Shown: positions 63,390 through 64,000 of the stretch, in pieces | Position numbering within the stretch: the stretch's first letter is position 1 | Layout of the letters: each line of letters starts with the position of its first letter | Assembly: GCA_036172245.1 (NCBI GenBank) | Contig: JAYWIR010000031.1 | Span: forward strand, 1,612,001 to 1,676,000 | DNA length: 64,000 nucleotides | Origin: Raillietiella orientalis | Taxonomy: Eukaryota | Reading direction: 5' to 3' | Notes under the pieces: generated by a model | What the model saw: the letters and a program-made list of their open reading frames with translations, nothing else | Told to the model about the DNA's origin: nothing | Database searches by the model: none | Position numbers and translations under genes: made by a program

Positions 63390-63985
63390 CCTGCCTGGGA
63401 GGAATCCCTGGAAGGAAGTCTTCGTCCTGGTTGTCTCCGAAAAGAACCCCGGAAGGGAATCTCTTTCCTTATGGTCTCCAGAAGGGTCCCAGAAGGGATC
63501 CGCTCCATTTTTTCTTCTCCGAAGGGAACTCGCAAGAGAACGTCTCCAGTTTCCTCCTTTGAAGAGAACCCTTAAGGGACTCTAGTGAATTTTCTCAGAA
63601 GGGTGCTCCCCGAAGGGAGCGGCATGCTTCTCTGCACTCTGGAGAGTTGCCACACCTACTCCATGTTATGTGGCGGAGGGTCTCCCCCGAAAGAGAGGGT
63701 CCGATCCTTTGCATAATAGGAGGGGAGTCCCGAAGGGAATCGGACTCCTTGATTCAGCTTTTTAAAAGGACCCCAGAGGGTCGACTCCCAATCCTGGCCA
63801 CTGATCGGTTCGAACCGCTACCAGCGCCGCACCCGAAGACGGGACCAACCAGCGTCATCTTGCAGAAGGAATTCTAACCGTAATGCACCCCCATCTCTCG
63901 GCGTCCATTCTTGCCGGGTATTTGAATCCGCGACTTTTGGCGCCGCAAGTGGAGACCTCAACCACGTGGCCTACGGCGCGGGCTC
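63390..63985 (-). mobile_element. Family C SINE-like repeat, copy 4 (diverged subfamily, 5' part)
   Basis: Minus-strand head GCCGTAGGCCACGTGGTTGAGG..GCGGATTCAAATACCCGGC (A/B boxes), TTGGGAGTCGACCC, GTTCTCTTCAAAGGAG and TTCGGAGACAACCAGG match the other copies. Confidence 0.65.
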
Positions 63986-64000
63986 GTGAAGGTGTCAGCC

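Noticed and set aside
63920..63985. tRNA-like sequence on the minus strand
   Set aside because: No convincing cloverleaf, and it is contiguous with the SINE body, so it is treated as the SINE head rather than a tRNA gene.

Overview
This is eukaryotic DNA, probably from an invertebrate animal with compact genes; the taxon cannot be determined from the sequence. An AT-rich core (~20.9-31.6 kb) holds four intact, intron-dense conserved genes with mostly 40-55 nt introns: ATAT1/mec-17 (-), HMCES/SRAP (-), the P5A ATPase ATP13A1 (+) and SEC22B (-). HMCES stops only 50 nt upstream of the ATAT1 ATG, with an unpaired 3' splice acceptor in between, which suggests a trans-spliced operon. ATP13A1 and SEC22B converge with 47 nt between their stop codons. 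The GC-rich left arm carries a divergent NEK6/7-type kinase gene broken by small frameshifts (pseudogene or read errors) and probable lineage-specific single-pass membrane protein exons. Most of the remaining sequence is decayed mobile DNA. It includes many fragments of L1/Tx1-like LINEs that share a conserved AATAAA + GC stem-loop 3' end, one of them nested in another with a 7-bp TSD. There are also four copies of a ~0.9-kb tRNA-headed, UUCG-hairpin-rich SINE-like family, a piggyBac transposase remnant and a MITE-like element. Inverted near-identical tracts among the LINE copies suggest gene conversion. All exon calls were made by hand and no database searches were run.
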